From the NCBI GenBank assembly GCA_902791965.1, contig CADAXZ010000004.1:1-46345 (forward strand): a DNA stretch of 46,345 nt, given 5' to 3'. Position 1 is the stretch's first letter, and the number at the start of each line of letters is the position of its first letter. Below the pieces are notes generated by a model, which saw nothing but the letters and a program-made list of their open reading frames with translations, made no database searches and was not told where the DNA came from. Below, piece by piece: positions 9,991 through 19,444 of the stretch. Made by a program: the position numbers and the translations under genes. Source of the stretch: Candidatus Proelusimicrobium bovinum. GTDB taxonomy: Bacteria > Elusimicrobiota > Elusimicrobia > Elusimicrobiales > Elusimicrobiaceae.

Positions 9991-10112
9991 AAAACATCTC
10001 TGCGGCCTTCAAATCCCGACTCAGCGCAAAGCAGTTTGCGCTGCTGCACTCCCCATATAATAAAAAATCCCCTTGCGGGGCTTTTTAAATTATACGGAGA
10101 GGGAGGGATTCG
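9991..10112. repeat. direct repeat copy 2 (122 bp), contiguous with the intact tRNA-Ser gene
   Basis: See copy 1; contains the imperfect palindrome cagcgcaaa-gcag-tttgcgctg and the tRNA terminator aaaaatccccttgcggggcttttt. Confidence 0.85.
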
Positions 10113-10182
10113 AACCCTCGATACCCTTTAGGGGTATACAGTCTTTCCAGGACTGCTCCTTCAACCACTCGGACACCTCTCC
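10095..10182 (-). tRNA. tRNA-Ser (anticodon GGA), 88 nt, long variable arm, no encoded CCA
   Basis: Reverse complement GGAGAGGTGTCCGAGTGGTTGAAGGAGCAGTCCTGGAAAGACTGTATACCCCTAAAGGGTATCGAGGGTTCGAATCCCTCCCTCTCCG folds as a cloverleaf: 7-bp acceptor, anticodon loop CTGGAAA, class-II variable stem-loop, T-loop TTCGAAT, discriminator G. Confidence 0.9.
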
Positions 10183-10291
10183 AAAACTTTAACGGCAACA
10201 CTCAACCATATATATAGATTATAGCAAATCCTAACACAAATACCAAACAGGTTTTACGCCAACAAATCCGCCGCTAAAATACCGTATAAAA

Positions 10292-10573
10292 TTAAATCCT
10301 ATATTTAAAGATTTTTATGTTCGGCTTACTGCCAAAAAGCGATAAAATAAAAAGCGGTATGGCAAAGAGTATTACAATAACCAAAAACACGCAAAACATC
10401 ATCGCGCCCGTAACAAGCGACACGAATCCGCCCAATAACCCTATAACGCCTTTGCGTACGGGGTTAAATTTTTGTTTAAGTTCTTCCTCTGCGATATACG
10501 GCTTGGGCGTTATTTTATTGCCGCTTTCATCTAAAATTTCAGGCTCTATAACTTTGTTTTGTTTATTTTCCAT
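10292..10573 (-). CDS. hypothetical small membrane protein (93 aa, two C-terminal TM helices)
   Basis: ORF with a hydrophilic N-terminus and strongly hydrophobic C-terminal half; weak RBS; an overlapping + strand ORF looks less protein-like. Confidence 0.35.
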   Translation of the reverse strand: MENKQNKVIEPEILDESGNKITPKPYIAEEELKQKFNPVRKGVIGLLGGFVSLVTGAMMFCVFLVIVILFAIPLFILSLFGSKPNIKIFKYRI

Positions 10574-10698
10574 ATCTTATATTCTTACAAATAAAACGGA
10601 AAATGCCAAGTATGTTAATAAGGCTCTTTTAAAATAGTAAAATATAATAGTAAAGGCGTATAGTCACATTACGCAAATTAAATAAAAGAGGAAATATT

Positions 10699-13407
10699 AT
10701 GCTGCCAAAAGCCTACGAGCCTAAAGAAGTTGAACAGAAAATATCAAATTTATGGAAAGAAAAACAAGTTTTTAAAGCAAAAATTGACGAGACAAAAAAA
10801 CCTTATGTTATTGTAATTCCCCCGCCAAATATTACGGGCGTATTACATATGGGCCACGGGCTTAACAATACCTTGCAGGATACTTTGGTACGCTTTCACC
10901 GTATGAACGGGGAATGCGCAAACTGGGTGCCCGGCACAGACCACGGCGGTATCGCCACGCAGAATGTTATTGAAAAGAAACTCGCCAAAGAACAGCATTT
11001 ATCCCGCCACGATTTAGGCAGGGAAAAATTCGTCCAAACCGTCTGGGATTGGTACAAAGAATGCGGCAATGCCATTTATAACCAGTTTGAAAGAATGGGC
11101 TGGGCTTTGGACCAAAGCAATATCCGCTTTACTATGGATGAGGCACGCGCCAAATCCGTTTATGCCAGTTTCAAAAACCTTTGGGATAAAAAATATATTT
11201 ACCGCGGCAAAAGGATGATAAACTGGTGTGTGCGCTGTTCTACCGCGCTTTCTGATATTGAAGTGGAACACGACCAGCAAAACGGAAAACTTTGGCACTT
11301 GCACTATAAACTTGAGGACGGCAGCGACGGCATAATAATTGCCACCACAAGGCCGGAAACTATCTTTGCCGATTCCGCCATTGCCGTAAACCCCAAAGAC
11401 GAAAGATATAAAAATATGGTCGGCAAGAAAGTTTTGATACCTTTAATCAACCGCGCTATACCGATAATTGTAGATGAGGCTGTGGAGTTGGATTTCGGCA
11501 CGGGCGCACTTAAAATCACTCCCGCGCACGACCCTGTTGACTACGAAGTCGGCAAGCGGCATAATTTGGAAATTATTTCCGTAATTTCCGATAAAGGCAA
11601 GATGATAAACCTGCCGGAAAAATATTTGGGTATGGACAGGGACGAATGCCGCAAACAGACAATAAAAGATTTGGACGCAGCAGGCCTGCTTGTTAAGGAA
11701 GAAAAATATAATCACGCCGTAAGCACCTGCTACCGCTGCAACAGTGCCATTGAGCCTTATTTAAGCGAACAATGGTTTGTAAAAATGGACGAACTTGCCG
11801 CCAAAGCCTTAAAAGCGGTGGAAAACGAAGAAGTCAAATTCTATCCTGCAAACTGGAAAGCCCCTGTAATGAACTGGCTTAAAAATATACAGGATTGGTG
11901 TATTTCCCGCCAGATTTGGTGGGGGCACAGAATACCGGTTTGGTATTGCCGCCATTGCAGTAAAGACGGTTTAACTTTTACGACGGATAAACAAGGCAAA
12001 GAACAGTTGGCGAAAGTTTCCTTTGAAAACGGCGCAAAGCCGATAATTTCGCACGATAAACCCCTCTGCCCTATTTGCGGCAGCAGTGATACTATCCAAG
12101 ACCCCGATGTTTTGGATACTTGGTTTTCTTCCGCCTTATGGCCTATGTCCGTTTTCGGCTGGCCGGAACAAACCAAGGACTTAAAATATTATTATCCTAC
12201 GAGCATTTTAGTTACCGGTTATGAGATTATTTACCTTTGGGTTGCCCGTATGATTATGATGGGCCTTGAGTTTGAAGGCAAAGTGCCTTTCAGCGAGGTT
12301 ATGCTAAACGGTATCGTAAGGGATAAAGACGGGCAGAAAATGTCTAAATCCAAGGGTAATGTTGTTGACCCGCTTGACCTTACGCAAAAATACGGCGCGG
12401 ACGCGGTAAGGTTTTCTTTGATTTCCCAATCTGTTTTGGGCAAGGATATTCCCTACGGCGAAAACAGCATTATCGGCGCAAGGAATTTTTGCAATAAAAT
12501 TTATAATGCCTCGCGCTTTATCCAAATGAACAGCGAAGGCATTGAAGGCCCGCTTGAACTGCCCGCAAAACCCAAAGAACTTTGCGACAGGTGGATAATC
12601 TCCCGCTATAATCACGCCGTAAAGCAAGCCGCGGACGAACTTAAAAAGTACAATATGGCGGCTGCGGCAGATACGCTTTACCACTTTTTGTGGGGGGACT
12701 TCTGCGATTGGTATATAGAACTTGCCAAGGCACGCTTTAACACCGCAGATAAAAAAGAGGTTATCTCTATCCTTATAAATATCCTTTACGGAACTTTAAA
12801 AGCCCTGCACCCGATGATGCCGTTTATCACGGAAGAAATCGCAATGAGCCTTAAAAAGTATATTAAAAATTCCAAGGAGTTTTTGATAGAGGAAGATTAC
12901 CCCGTTTTTAATCCCGCGCTTGAAGATAAACAAGCCGAAGAAGAAATGGCCCTTTTACAGGGCGTAACGGGACAGATAAGGACGATAAGGGCGCAGTTTA
13001 ATGTGCCGCCCGGCCTTAAAATAAAAGTTTTGTTAAGCACCGCCGACACTAAAGATTTGGCAGTACTGCAAAAATACCAAAATTATATTTTTGCTATGGC
13101 TAAACTTGAAGCCGCACAAATGGGCGCAAATCTGCCCAAACCCAAACAGACGGCAACGGGTGTTTACGGAACTGTTACGGTTTATATCCCGCTTGAGGGC
13201 CTTATTGATTTTGATAAGGAAAAAGCCCGCCTTGATAAGGAACTTGCCATAATCCAAAACGGCATTAACAACCGCAAGAGAATGTTAGACAATAAAAACT
13301 TTGTCAACAATGCCCCTAAACAGCAGGTGGAAAAGGCCAAAGCCGAACTTGAAGAAATGCTTTTAAGGGCGCAGCAGATTAAAGCCGCTAAAGAGGACTT
13401 AAACTAA
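10699..13407 (+). CDS. valS: valine--tRNA ligase
   Basis: 902 aa; class I HIGH motif (HMGHGLN), KMSKS motif (KMSKSKGN), editing domain, C-terminal coiled coil; RBS AGAGGA 8 nt upstream. Confidence 0.97.
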   Translation: MLPKAYEPKEVEQKISNLWKEKQVFKAKIDETKKPYVIVIPPPNITGVLHMGHGLNNTLQDTLVRFHRMNGECANWVPGTDHGGIATQNVIEKKLAKEQHLSRHDLGREKFVQTVWDWYKECGNAIYNQFERMGWALDQSNIRFTMDEARAKSVYASFKNLWDKKYIYRGKRMINWCVRCSTALSDIEVEHDQQNGKLWHLHYKLEDGSDGIIIATTRPETIFADSAIAVNPKDERYKNMVGKKVLIPLINRAIPIIVDEAVELDFGTGALKITPAHDPVDYEVGKRHNLEIISVISDKGKMINLPEKYLGMDRDECRKQTIKDLDAAGLLVKEEKYNHAVSTCYRCNSAIEPYLSEQWFVKMDELAAKALKAVENEEVKFYPANWKAPVMNWLKNIQDWCISRQIWWGHRIPVWYCRHCSKDGLTFTTDKQGKEQLAKVSFENGAKPIISHDKPLCPICGSSDTIQDPDVLDTWFSSALWPMSVFGWPEQTKDLKYYYPTSILVTGYEIIYLWVARMIMMGLEFEGKVPFSEVMLNGIVRDKDGQKMSKSKGNVVDPLDLTQKYGADAVRFSLISQSVLGKDIPYGENSIIGARNFCNKIYNASRFIQMNSEGIEGPLELPAKPKELCDRWIISRYNHAVKQAADELKKYNMAAAADTLYHFLWGDFCDWYIELAKARFNTADKKEVISILINILYGTLKALHPMMPFITEEIAMSLKKYIKNSKEFLIEEDYPVFNPALEDKQAEEEMALLQGVTGQIRTIRAQFNVPPGLKIKVLLSTADTKDLAVLQKYQNYIFAMAKLEAAQMGANLPKPKQTATGVYGTVTVYIPLEGLIDFDKEKARLDKELAIIQNGINNRKRMLDNKNFVNNAPKQQVEKAKAELEEMLLRAQQIKAAKEDLN

Positions 13408-13413
13408 CACTTT

Positions 13414-13442
13414 CCCCGCCTTTTACGGCGGGGATTTTTTAT
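13414..13442 (+). terminator. rho-independent terminator after valS
   Basis: ccccgcc-ttttac-ggcgggg stem-loop followed by attttttatt. Confidence 0.8.
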
Positions 13443-13443
13443 T

Positions 13444-14049
13444 ATGAAAATACTTTTGGCAACACATAACAAACATAAACTTGAAGAACTTTTAAAAATT
13501 CTTCCCGCTGAGGATAATAAAGGAAATAAAATTGAATATGTTTCCTTTTTGGATTTTCCGCAAATTGCAGAGCCGCAAGAAACCGGCACTACCTTAAAGC
13601 AAAATGCGCAGTTAAAAGCCGTTTACGGCTTAAAGCAGACAGGGCTTATCAGCATAGCAGACGATACGGGGCTTACCGTTGATGCTTTGGGCGGTGCGCC
13701 AGGCGTACACAGCGCGCGCTATGCCTACCCCGATAAAGCCGATTACCCCGCCAATAACGAGAAACTTTTAAAGGAACTTTCCGCCTTTAAAGGCAAAGAG
13801 CGAAGCGCAAGTTTTACCACCGTTGCGGCCTTGGCCCTGCCCGACGGCAACATAATTTTTAAGGAAGGCAAAGTAAGCGGTTTTATTGCGCAGGATTACA
13901 GCGGCAAAAACGGTTTTGGATATGACCCTTTGTTTATCTGCGCGGAAACAAACAAAACTATGGCGGAAATGACACCGCAGGAAAAAAATTCCATAAGCCA
14001 CCGCGCCCGCGCCTTTGCGCAGTTATCGGAAATTATTAAAGGCTTATAG
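13444..14049 (+). CDS. rdgB: non-canonical purine NTP pyrophosphatase (dITP/XTP pyrophosphatase, RdgB/Ham1)
   Basis: 201 aa; LLATHNKHKLEE N-terminus and GFGYDPLF motif typical of the Ham1/RdgB family. Confidence 0.9.
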   Translation: MKILLATHNKHKLEELLKILPAEDNKGNKIEYVSFLDFPQIAEPQETGTTLKQNAQLKAVYGLKQTGLISIADDTGLTVDALGGAPGVHSARYAYPDKADYPANNEKLLKELSAFKGKERSASFTTVAALALPDGNIIFKEGKVSGFIAQDYSGKNGFGYDPLFICAETNKTMAEMTPQEKNSISHRARAFAQLSEIIKGL

Positions 14050-14219
14050 TAGGCGGCTTTTGGTGTTTTTTTGCCGCGTGGCTTTTGCTATAAGCCGAGA
14101 GTACTTTCCTTAAACATAAACGCCATAATAAACCCAAAAGCATAAACGGCGCACGATGTTTATAACACAAGTAAAAACACACATGCCAAACAAAAGCGGA
14201 AAGTGGTTTTAAAAAATAA

Positions 14220-14254
14220 AAGGGAAGATTTCTTTAAGAAGTCTTCCCTTTTTG
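14220..14254. terminator. bidirectional terminator between convergent rdgB and the MBL-hydrolase gene
   Basis: aagggaagat(t)tc-tttaa-gaagtcttccctt, a 13-bp stem with 1 mismatch, T-runs on both sides. Confidence 0.6.
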
Positions 14255-14320
14255 CTTAAACCTAAAAATCTATAAAAATACCCTTGCACTTAGCAAGAGC
14301 GGCCTATATTTAATCCTTAG

Positions 14321-15070
14321 TTATAATTTAATAATCTTTTTCTGCTCTATGTTAAGATAACCTTCCGGACAGTGGGTGGAACAGTAAACCGTGGGGTTCT
14401 GTTTGCAAAATTCACGCACACGGGATAATGTTTCGAGGGCCTTTTCTTTATCTTCAAATATGATAGACAGTTCATTTTCATACAAAGCCGCATCCGTATA
14501 AGTTATATCCCCATGGAACATATAATAGATGTCCCCGTCTTGCAAAATAGCAATGGAATTGCCTTTGGTATGTCCTTCCGCGCGCACCATTACAAGCGTA
14601 TCCGTGATGCGTTGGCTTTCTGGGAAGTTCTTATACGGGCCGTCCGTAAAGTTCACGCGCACAATATTAGCCCCTGTTAATTTCATAGCGTCTGCTTCTG
14701 TTTGGGAAATATAAATCTTAGCGTGGGGGAACATACGCAACTCCCCCGTATGGTCAGGGTGTTTATGCGTAACAATGATTTTAGTAATATCTTGCGGTTT
14801 GTATCCGGTTTTGGCGAGGGCTTCTTCAAAAGTGGCCACTTTTTTTCCCATCCATAAAGGGGAGCCTTGCTTAGGCACTATATCCTGCGAATTATTAGGG
14901 AGTCCGGTATCTGATAAAATAACATCCTTCCCGTCATCAATCAGAAAATTTTGCAAGCTGGAAGGATAGGTGGTATTGGCATCGCAAGCGGCTTTATCAC
15001 GCGTACCGCCAAAAGCAAATGTCTGCGCTACATAACCGCCGTCGTAGTATTTCAAGGGTATAATTTTCAT
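14321..15070 (-). CDS. MBL-fold metallo-hydrolase (lactonase/glyoxalase II-like)
   Basis: 249 aa; the HxHxDH motif appears as THKHPDHTGE; additional downstream His/Asp ligands. Confidence 0.8.
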   Translation of the reverse strand: MKIIPLKYYDGGYVAQTFAFGGTRDKAACDANTTYPSSLQNFLIDDGKDVILSDTGLPNNSQDIVPKQGSPLWMGKKVATFEEALAKTGYKPQDITKIIVTHKHPDHTGELRMFPHAKIYISQTEADAMKLTGANIVRVNFTDGPYKNFPESQRITDTLVMVRAEGHTKGNSIAILQDGDIYYMFHGDITYTDAALYENELSIIFEDKEKALETLSRVREFCKQNPTVYCSTHCPEGYLNIEQKKIIKL

Positions 15071-15244
15071 ATTGGCTCCTTTTAGTTAAATATTTTCTAA
15101 AAGTATTTTACTACATTATATCAGCACATACATAAAAACCGCCAAAACAAACTCCGAAACCGGCGCTCAAGGCGCAAACTTATTTGCAGTTAAAATTAGT
15201 GGGGATACCAGATTAAATTCGGCTATGACAGGAACATAACCTTT

Positions 15245-16489
15245 TTATAACTTCCTTATTGCCCATTCTTTGGGGTAAAGATTATTTGCGCGCGTGCCTA
15301 AATTTTTTACAAAGCCAAGCGGCTGGCCTTTGTAGCAGACTATCACATAACCTAAAGGAATTTCCGGCGGAAGAATTATTGCTTCCCTGTGCAGATATTT
15401 TAGGGCGGTATCTAAAGCAAGTTCCGCTTTAGGATATTTGTTTGCCGCGGGTAAAGATAAGGCCTGCGCAACGGAAGGGATAACTTCCTTACCCTTAACT
15501 AAAGGGGCGGGGTTGCCGTCGTAAATTACATATAAATCACGCAGGTTTTTTATTTTTGCGTGCAGTAAATCTGGGCGGGCAACGGCACAAATTCCCCCGC
15601 TTTCGGGTTTGCGCAAAACGGCAGTAAAAAGGCCTTCGCTTCGGGTTTTGCCCGGGATAAAACGGTAAACAGGTTTATCCCAACCTTTAAGCAGAGAGCC
15701 TGTAATATTCCACTCTTTTTTTATATCAACTGGCAGGATTTCCGCGCCGAAAGTTTCTGTAAGCCAGAGGATATTTTCCTCGTTTTCGTGCAGGTTAAAA
15801 GTGCAGGTACTGTAAATCAGCAGGCCGCCGCCGCGCAAACAAGGCCAAATATCTTTAAGTATCTCCCTTTGCCGCTTTTGGCAGAACAGAACATTTTTTA
15901 CGCTCCACTCGCCTACGGTTTTTAAATCCCTGCGGAACAGGCCCTCGCCAGAACAGGGAACATCTGTCAAAATGACATCAAACATTATCCCCGCCCTTTT
16001 ATAATCGCAAGCGTGGTTATTGGTTATTACCACTCCGCTGTGGCCCTGTTTAATAAGATTTTCTTTTAAGATACTTGCCCTGCGGCCGTCTGTTTCATTA
16101 CTGACAAGCAAAGAGCCTTCCGGCAGGGCCGCGCGCATAAGCGTAGATTTACCGCCCGGCGCGGCGCATAAATCAAGTGAGCAGACAGGCCCTTTAACAT
16201 ATTGGCGCAACACTGTATCTAAAAACATAGAGCCGGCTTCCTGTACATAATAAGCGCCCGCGTGCAAAAGCGGGTCAAGCGTAAAATTTGGGCGGCCTTT
16301 AAGCCAATAGCCGTTTTGACACCAAGGCACAGGCTCTGCCTGCGGAAAGTTAACTGCGCCGCTTTTCCACGGGTTTAAACGCACGGAAACCTGCGGCGGC
16401 TCATCAAAGGAAGATAAAAACAAATCCCAAAGTCCGTGTCCGAAAATTTCAGCGGTATAATTTATAAATTCTTCAGGCAGCAGAGGCAT
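15245..16489 (-). CDS. rRNA cytosine-C5 methyltransferase, NOL1/NOP2/Sun family (RsmB/RsmF-like)
   Basis: 414 aa; SAM-binding DLCAAPGGKS, catalytic TDVPCSGEG and a second Cys motif (YSTCT) characteristic of m5C RNA methyltransferases; C-terminal extension as in RsmF. Confidence 0.85.
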   Translation of the reverse strand: MPLLPEEFINYTAEIFGHGLWDLFLSSFDEPPQVSVRLNPWKSGAVNFPQAEPVPWCQNGYWLKGRPNFTLDPLLHAGAYYVQEAGSMFLDTVLRQYVKGPVCSLDLCAAPGGKSTLMRAALPEGSLLVSNETDGRRASILKENLIKQGHSGVVITNNHACDYKRAGIMFDVILTDVPCSGEGLFRRDLKTVGEWSVKNVLFCQKRQREILKDIWPCLRGGGLLIYSTCTFNLHENEENILWLTETFGAEILPVDIKKEWNITGSLLKGWDKPVYRFIPGKTRSEGLFTAVLRKPESGGICAVARPDLLHAKIKNLRDLYVIYDGNPAPLVKGKEVIPSVAQALSLPAANKYPKAELALDTALKYLHREAIILPPEIPLGYVIVCYKGQPLGFVKNLGTRANNLYPKEWAIRKL

Positions 16490-16560
16490 ATTAAAATAAA
16501 GTTTGGCGCAAATTACAACAAATTACACAATAAAATTTTTGCTTGCGCATATATCAAAAT

Positions 16561-16595
16561 TTAACATAAATGCCCCCGCAATTTAAGCGGGGGCA
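16561..16595 (-). terminator. rho-independent terminator ending the six-gene envelope operon
   Basis: tgcccccgc-aatttaa-gcgggggca, a 9-bp GC-rich stem; on the minus strand it is followed by tttatgttaaatttt. Confidence 0.75.
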
Positions 16596-16611
16596 TAAAG
16601 AATATCTAATT

Positions 16612-17127
16612 TTATTTTGCGATAAGATAATCTATATCGTGGTCGGCATTTATTTTTTGGCGGGCTTTATCAAAAAGTTGTTTTTCTTCGGCCTGCTTCA
16701 TAAAGTTATCCCATTCTTCATCAGTAAACTGGTACTTTTGCTTTATGTAATTGGAAGCGACTTCGCCCGCGTCGGTTGCTTCGGGGTTGCGTTTTTGGTA
16801 GTCATCTTCTATAAGCACATATTCTTCCGCAATTTCCAAAAGCACTTCTTCATCGCTTTGTTCCTGTTCCGGTGCGGTAGCAGAATTTTGCTTGTTTTTA
16901 TCTGCCGCTTCCGTAGCCGCAGGTTTATTTTTGTCATAGCCTTCGCCGGGTAAATTTTCCCTTGTGCCTTTATGCAAAATCATAAAGATTGAAAGTATAA
17001 CCGTAAATAATACCAAAGCGGTTAAAGCAATATTTATCCAAAGCGATAAATCCTTTTCTGCAAGCAAGTCCTTTATTGCATATAAAATTAAAACTAAAAT
17101 AATAATTACGGCTATAAAAACACCCAT
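16612..17127 (-). CDS. hypothetical membrane protein (2 N-terminal TM, acidic C-terminal domain); last gene of the envelope operon
   Basis: 171 aa; two hydrophobic helices followed by a D/E-rich soluble domain; no family recognised. Confidence 0.5.
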   Translation of the reverse strand: MGVFIAVIIILVLILYAIKDLLAEKDLSLWINIALTALVLFTVILSIFMILHKGTRENLPGEGYDKNKPAATEAADKNKQNSATAPEQEQSDEEVLLEIAEEYVLIEDDYQKRNPEATDAGEVASNYIKQKYQFTDEEWDNFMKQAEEKQLFDKARQKINADHDIDYLIAK

Positions 17128-17163
17128 ATAAGTATCTCCTTGTAAATTAAAGTATCATCCGGT

Positions 17164-17805
17164 TTATTTATTTTTTCCGAAAGATTCCTGTTCTTTTATA
17201 ACAGCCCCAACCATTTGCATAATTTGGGGGTCTTTACTATATTCAAGCAAAATTTTTTGCATTTGTGGATTATTTAATATTTCCCTCGTCAATTCTTCGG
17301 GCGAAAGATTGGCATTTAATTTATCTTTTCCCAAAGCATTTTTCATATCTTCCACAAATTTATCCAAGCGCGGGTCATCATAACCGGAAACGGAAAAAAC
17401 TATTTCGTCTGATTGGCCCTTTACATAATCTTGTGCATTAGGCATATTGCCTTGCTTTATCTGCTCGGTAATATAAGCCTTTTGTTCCTGTGCCAAAGCC
17501 GGCAAATCTATCTGTCCGCCGAAGTATGGTCTTGCCATTTTCTTTTCAGGCACATAGGCTTCTTCCTCTTTTACGGCTATGGCTATTCTGTTTTCCGTTG
17601 CCGTTTTATCGGAATCTTTAAGGCTTTGTTCATTATCTTTTAAAGCAAAAGGATAAAAAGTATCCTCCGCGGTTAAAGTTTCTTCCTGCGCGTCCGTCTT
17701 TTCCGGAAACCACACCTTCTTAATACGGCGCGCAGAAAGTACGGCAACTATTACCGCTAAAGAAAAAGCAATTATACAGACATATATCTTGGATTTAAGA
17801 GTCAT
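17164..17805 (-). CDS. hypothetical membrane-anchored protein (N-terminal TM/signal anchor, soluble domain)
   Basis: 213 aa; its start codon overlaps the stop of the upstream FKBP gene (ATGA-type coupling at 17805). Confidence 0.5.
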   Translation of the reverse strand: MTLKSKIYVCIIAFSLAVIVAVLSARRIKKVWFPEKTDAQEETLTAEDTFYPFALKDNEQSLKDSDKTATENRIAIAVKEEEAYVPEKKMARPYFGGQIDLPALAQEQKAYITEQIKQGNMPNAQDYVKGQSDEIVFSVSGYDDPRLDKFVEDMKNALGKDKLNANLSPEELTREILNNPQMQKILLEYSKDPQIMQMVGAVIKEQESFGKNK

Positions 17806-18491
17806 TATTTATCTATAACTTCCAATAATTCTACATTAAACACAAGTAAAGAACCCGGCGGTATAGGCAAACCTTCCGCATTGCCGTAAGCCGTTTCCGG
17901 CGGGCAATACAAAGTTGCTTTACTGCCTGCTTTCATTTCCTGCAAGGCGGATGTCCAGCAAGGAATAACGCCATTTAAAGGAAATTCTGCCGGCTGGCCG
18001 CGTTTTATGGAACTGTCAAATTCCGTACCGTCTAAAAGTTTGCCTTCGTAATGCACTTTTACAATACTTGAGGCTTTAGGGTTTTTACCTTTGCCTTTTT
18101 TTGTTATTTGCATTACTACACCGTTAGATAAAGTCTGGTTCTTTTTATCTTTTTTGGCTTCTTTTAAAAACTCGTCTTGTTCTATTTTGCGCTTATTGAT
18201 TACTGCTTGGGTATCTTCCCTGTATTTCTTTTCCACAAGAGGTTTATAATCTTCCAAGTTTGTTTGGGACTTGCGGTGCAGTAAAGAATCCCTTAACCCT
18301 TGGGAAAGAGCCTTATAATCATCATCCCCGTTTAACACAAGATTATTCTTTACCGAATTGCCAAGCATATAACCCAGCGAATATAAAACCTTATCGCTGG
18401 AAACATTTTCCGCAGAGGTTTGCTCCTGTTGTGCATTTACAAATAAGGCACAGGCAAAAAGTAAAGCCGGTAATAAAATAAGTTTTTTCAT
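17805..18491 (-). CDS. FKBP-type peptidyl-prolyl cis-trans isomerase, secreted (FkpA/FklB-like)
   Basis: 228 aa; signal peptide; N-terminal dimerisation-like helix region; C-terminal FKBP domain VKVHYEGKLLDGTEFDSS...GVIPCWTSALQEMKAGSKATLYCPPETAYG...LVFNVELLEV. Confidence 0.9.
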   Translation of the reverse strand: MKKLILLPALLFACALFVNAQQEQTSAENVSSDKVLYSLGYMLGNSVKNNLVLNGDDDYKALSQGLRDSLLHRKSQTNLEDYKPLVEKKYREDTQAVINKRKIEQDEFLKEAKKDKKNQTLSNGVVMQITKKGKGKNPKASSIVKVHYEGKLLDGTEFDSSIKRGQPAEFPLNGVIPCWTSALQEMKAGSKATLYCPPETAYGNAEGLPIPPGSLLVFNVELLEVIDK

Positions 18492-18505
18492 AATTATAAT
18501 GACCT

Positions 18506-19435
18506 CTATTTCTTTTGTATATAATCAATAAGTTTTGCTTTGATAACCGGTGCGCATTTTTTACCTGCGGCTACCAAACTGCGCCTTTTTGCTTCTTCCC
18601 CGCGGGAAGAGCCGTTTCTTTCTGTTTCGCTAAATGTGGTAAATATGCCGCCGCCTGTTGCCATATCTTTTAAAGCAACCGTTGCAGTAGCGGTACTCCA
18701 ATAAAGGCCGTCTAAAGTATTTGACGCATATTTATCTATATGGGTATTCATATCAAGTTCTATATCATAGTCTTTAAGGTTTTCCCCGACGCCGAAACCA
18801 AGTTCGTTTAAAGCATCAATAATATAAGTTTTTACCGTTATATCATCAGCGCCGGTTATCACGGCATTGATTTTAATGTCATAAAAAGTTTTGTTGTAAA
18901 TACTTTTAAAGGAGTAGAGGGCTTCTTCGTTATAGGCAGAGCCGTCAAAAGAAATACGGCGGTATTCGCTATCTATTTCATCCCTTTTGGCAAGCAAATC
19001 AGGTATCATTACGGCATATTTTACCCTTACAAATTTATCAGGCTCTGCCGCAATTTTTGATGAGATATTATTAAGTTGCCCGTCTGTAGTTGAGTAGTAA
19101 GGCACTAAAACATCCAATGCGGGTTGCCTTTGCAAAGCAGCAATGGCATAATATCTTTTATTTTCCTTATTCTTCCACCACTGCACCACCTTTATTTGGG
19201 AAAGGATATTCTCCCTTCTGATTTGAGAATCCTTATATTCAGGCAGGCCGTCAAAAAGTTTTTCAAGTTCCGCTTTTGCGGCATCTTTAGCATCTTTTTT
19301 GGTCTGGCCGAAAGCAACTTTTGTAAGATACTTATCGGCGGGATACTTTGCCATTTTTTCGCTTAAGATATTCCTGTTTGTAGCACAAGCCGCCAATAAA
19401 GCAACGGCTGCAACAAGTAAAGTAATCTTTTTCAT
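18506..19435 (-). CDS. hypothetical lipoprotein (309 aa)
   Basis: Lipobox LLAACATN after a typical signal peptide; no motif I can assign; in an operon between a 437-aa lipoprotein and the FKBP gene. Confidence 0.6.
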   Translation of the reverse strand: MKKITLLVAAVALLAACATNRNILSEKMAKYPADKYLTKVAFGQTKKDAKDAAKAELEKLFDGLPEYKDSQIRRENILSQIKVVQWWKNKENKRYYAIAALQRQPALDVLVPYYSTTDGQLNNISSKIAAEPDKFVRVKYAVMIPDLLAKRDEIDSEYRRISFDGSAYNEEALYSFKSIYNKTFYDIKINAVITGADDITVKTYIIDALNELGFGVGENLKDYDIELDMNTHIDKYASNTLDGLYWSTATATVALKDMATGGGIFTTFSETERNGSSRGEEAKRRSLVAAGKKCAPVIKAKLIDYIQKK

Positions 19436-19444
19436 TTTATCTCC

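Noticed and set aside
9868-10131. 87-aa + strand ORF
   Set aside because: It lies entirely within the tRNA-Ser-associated direct repeats and runs antisense into the tRNA gene. It has no RBS and a Pro/Ser/Arg-rich low-complexity translation.
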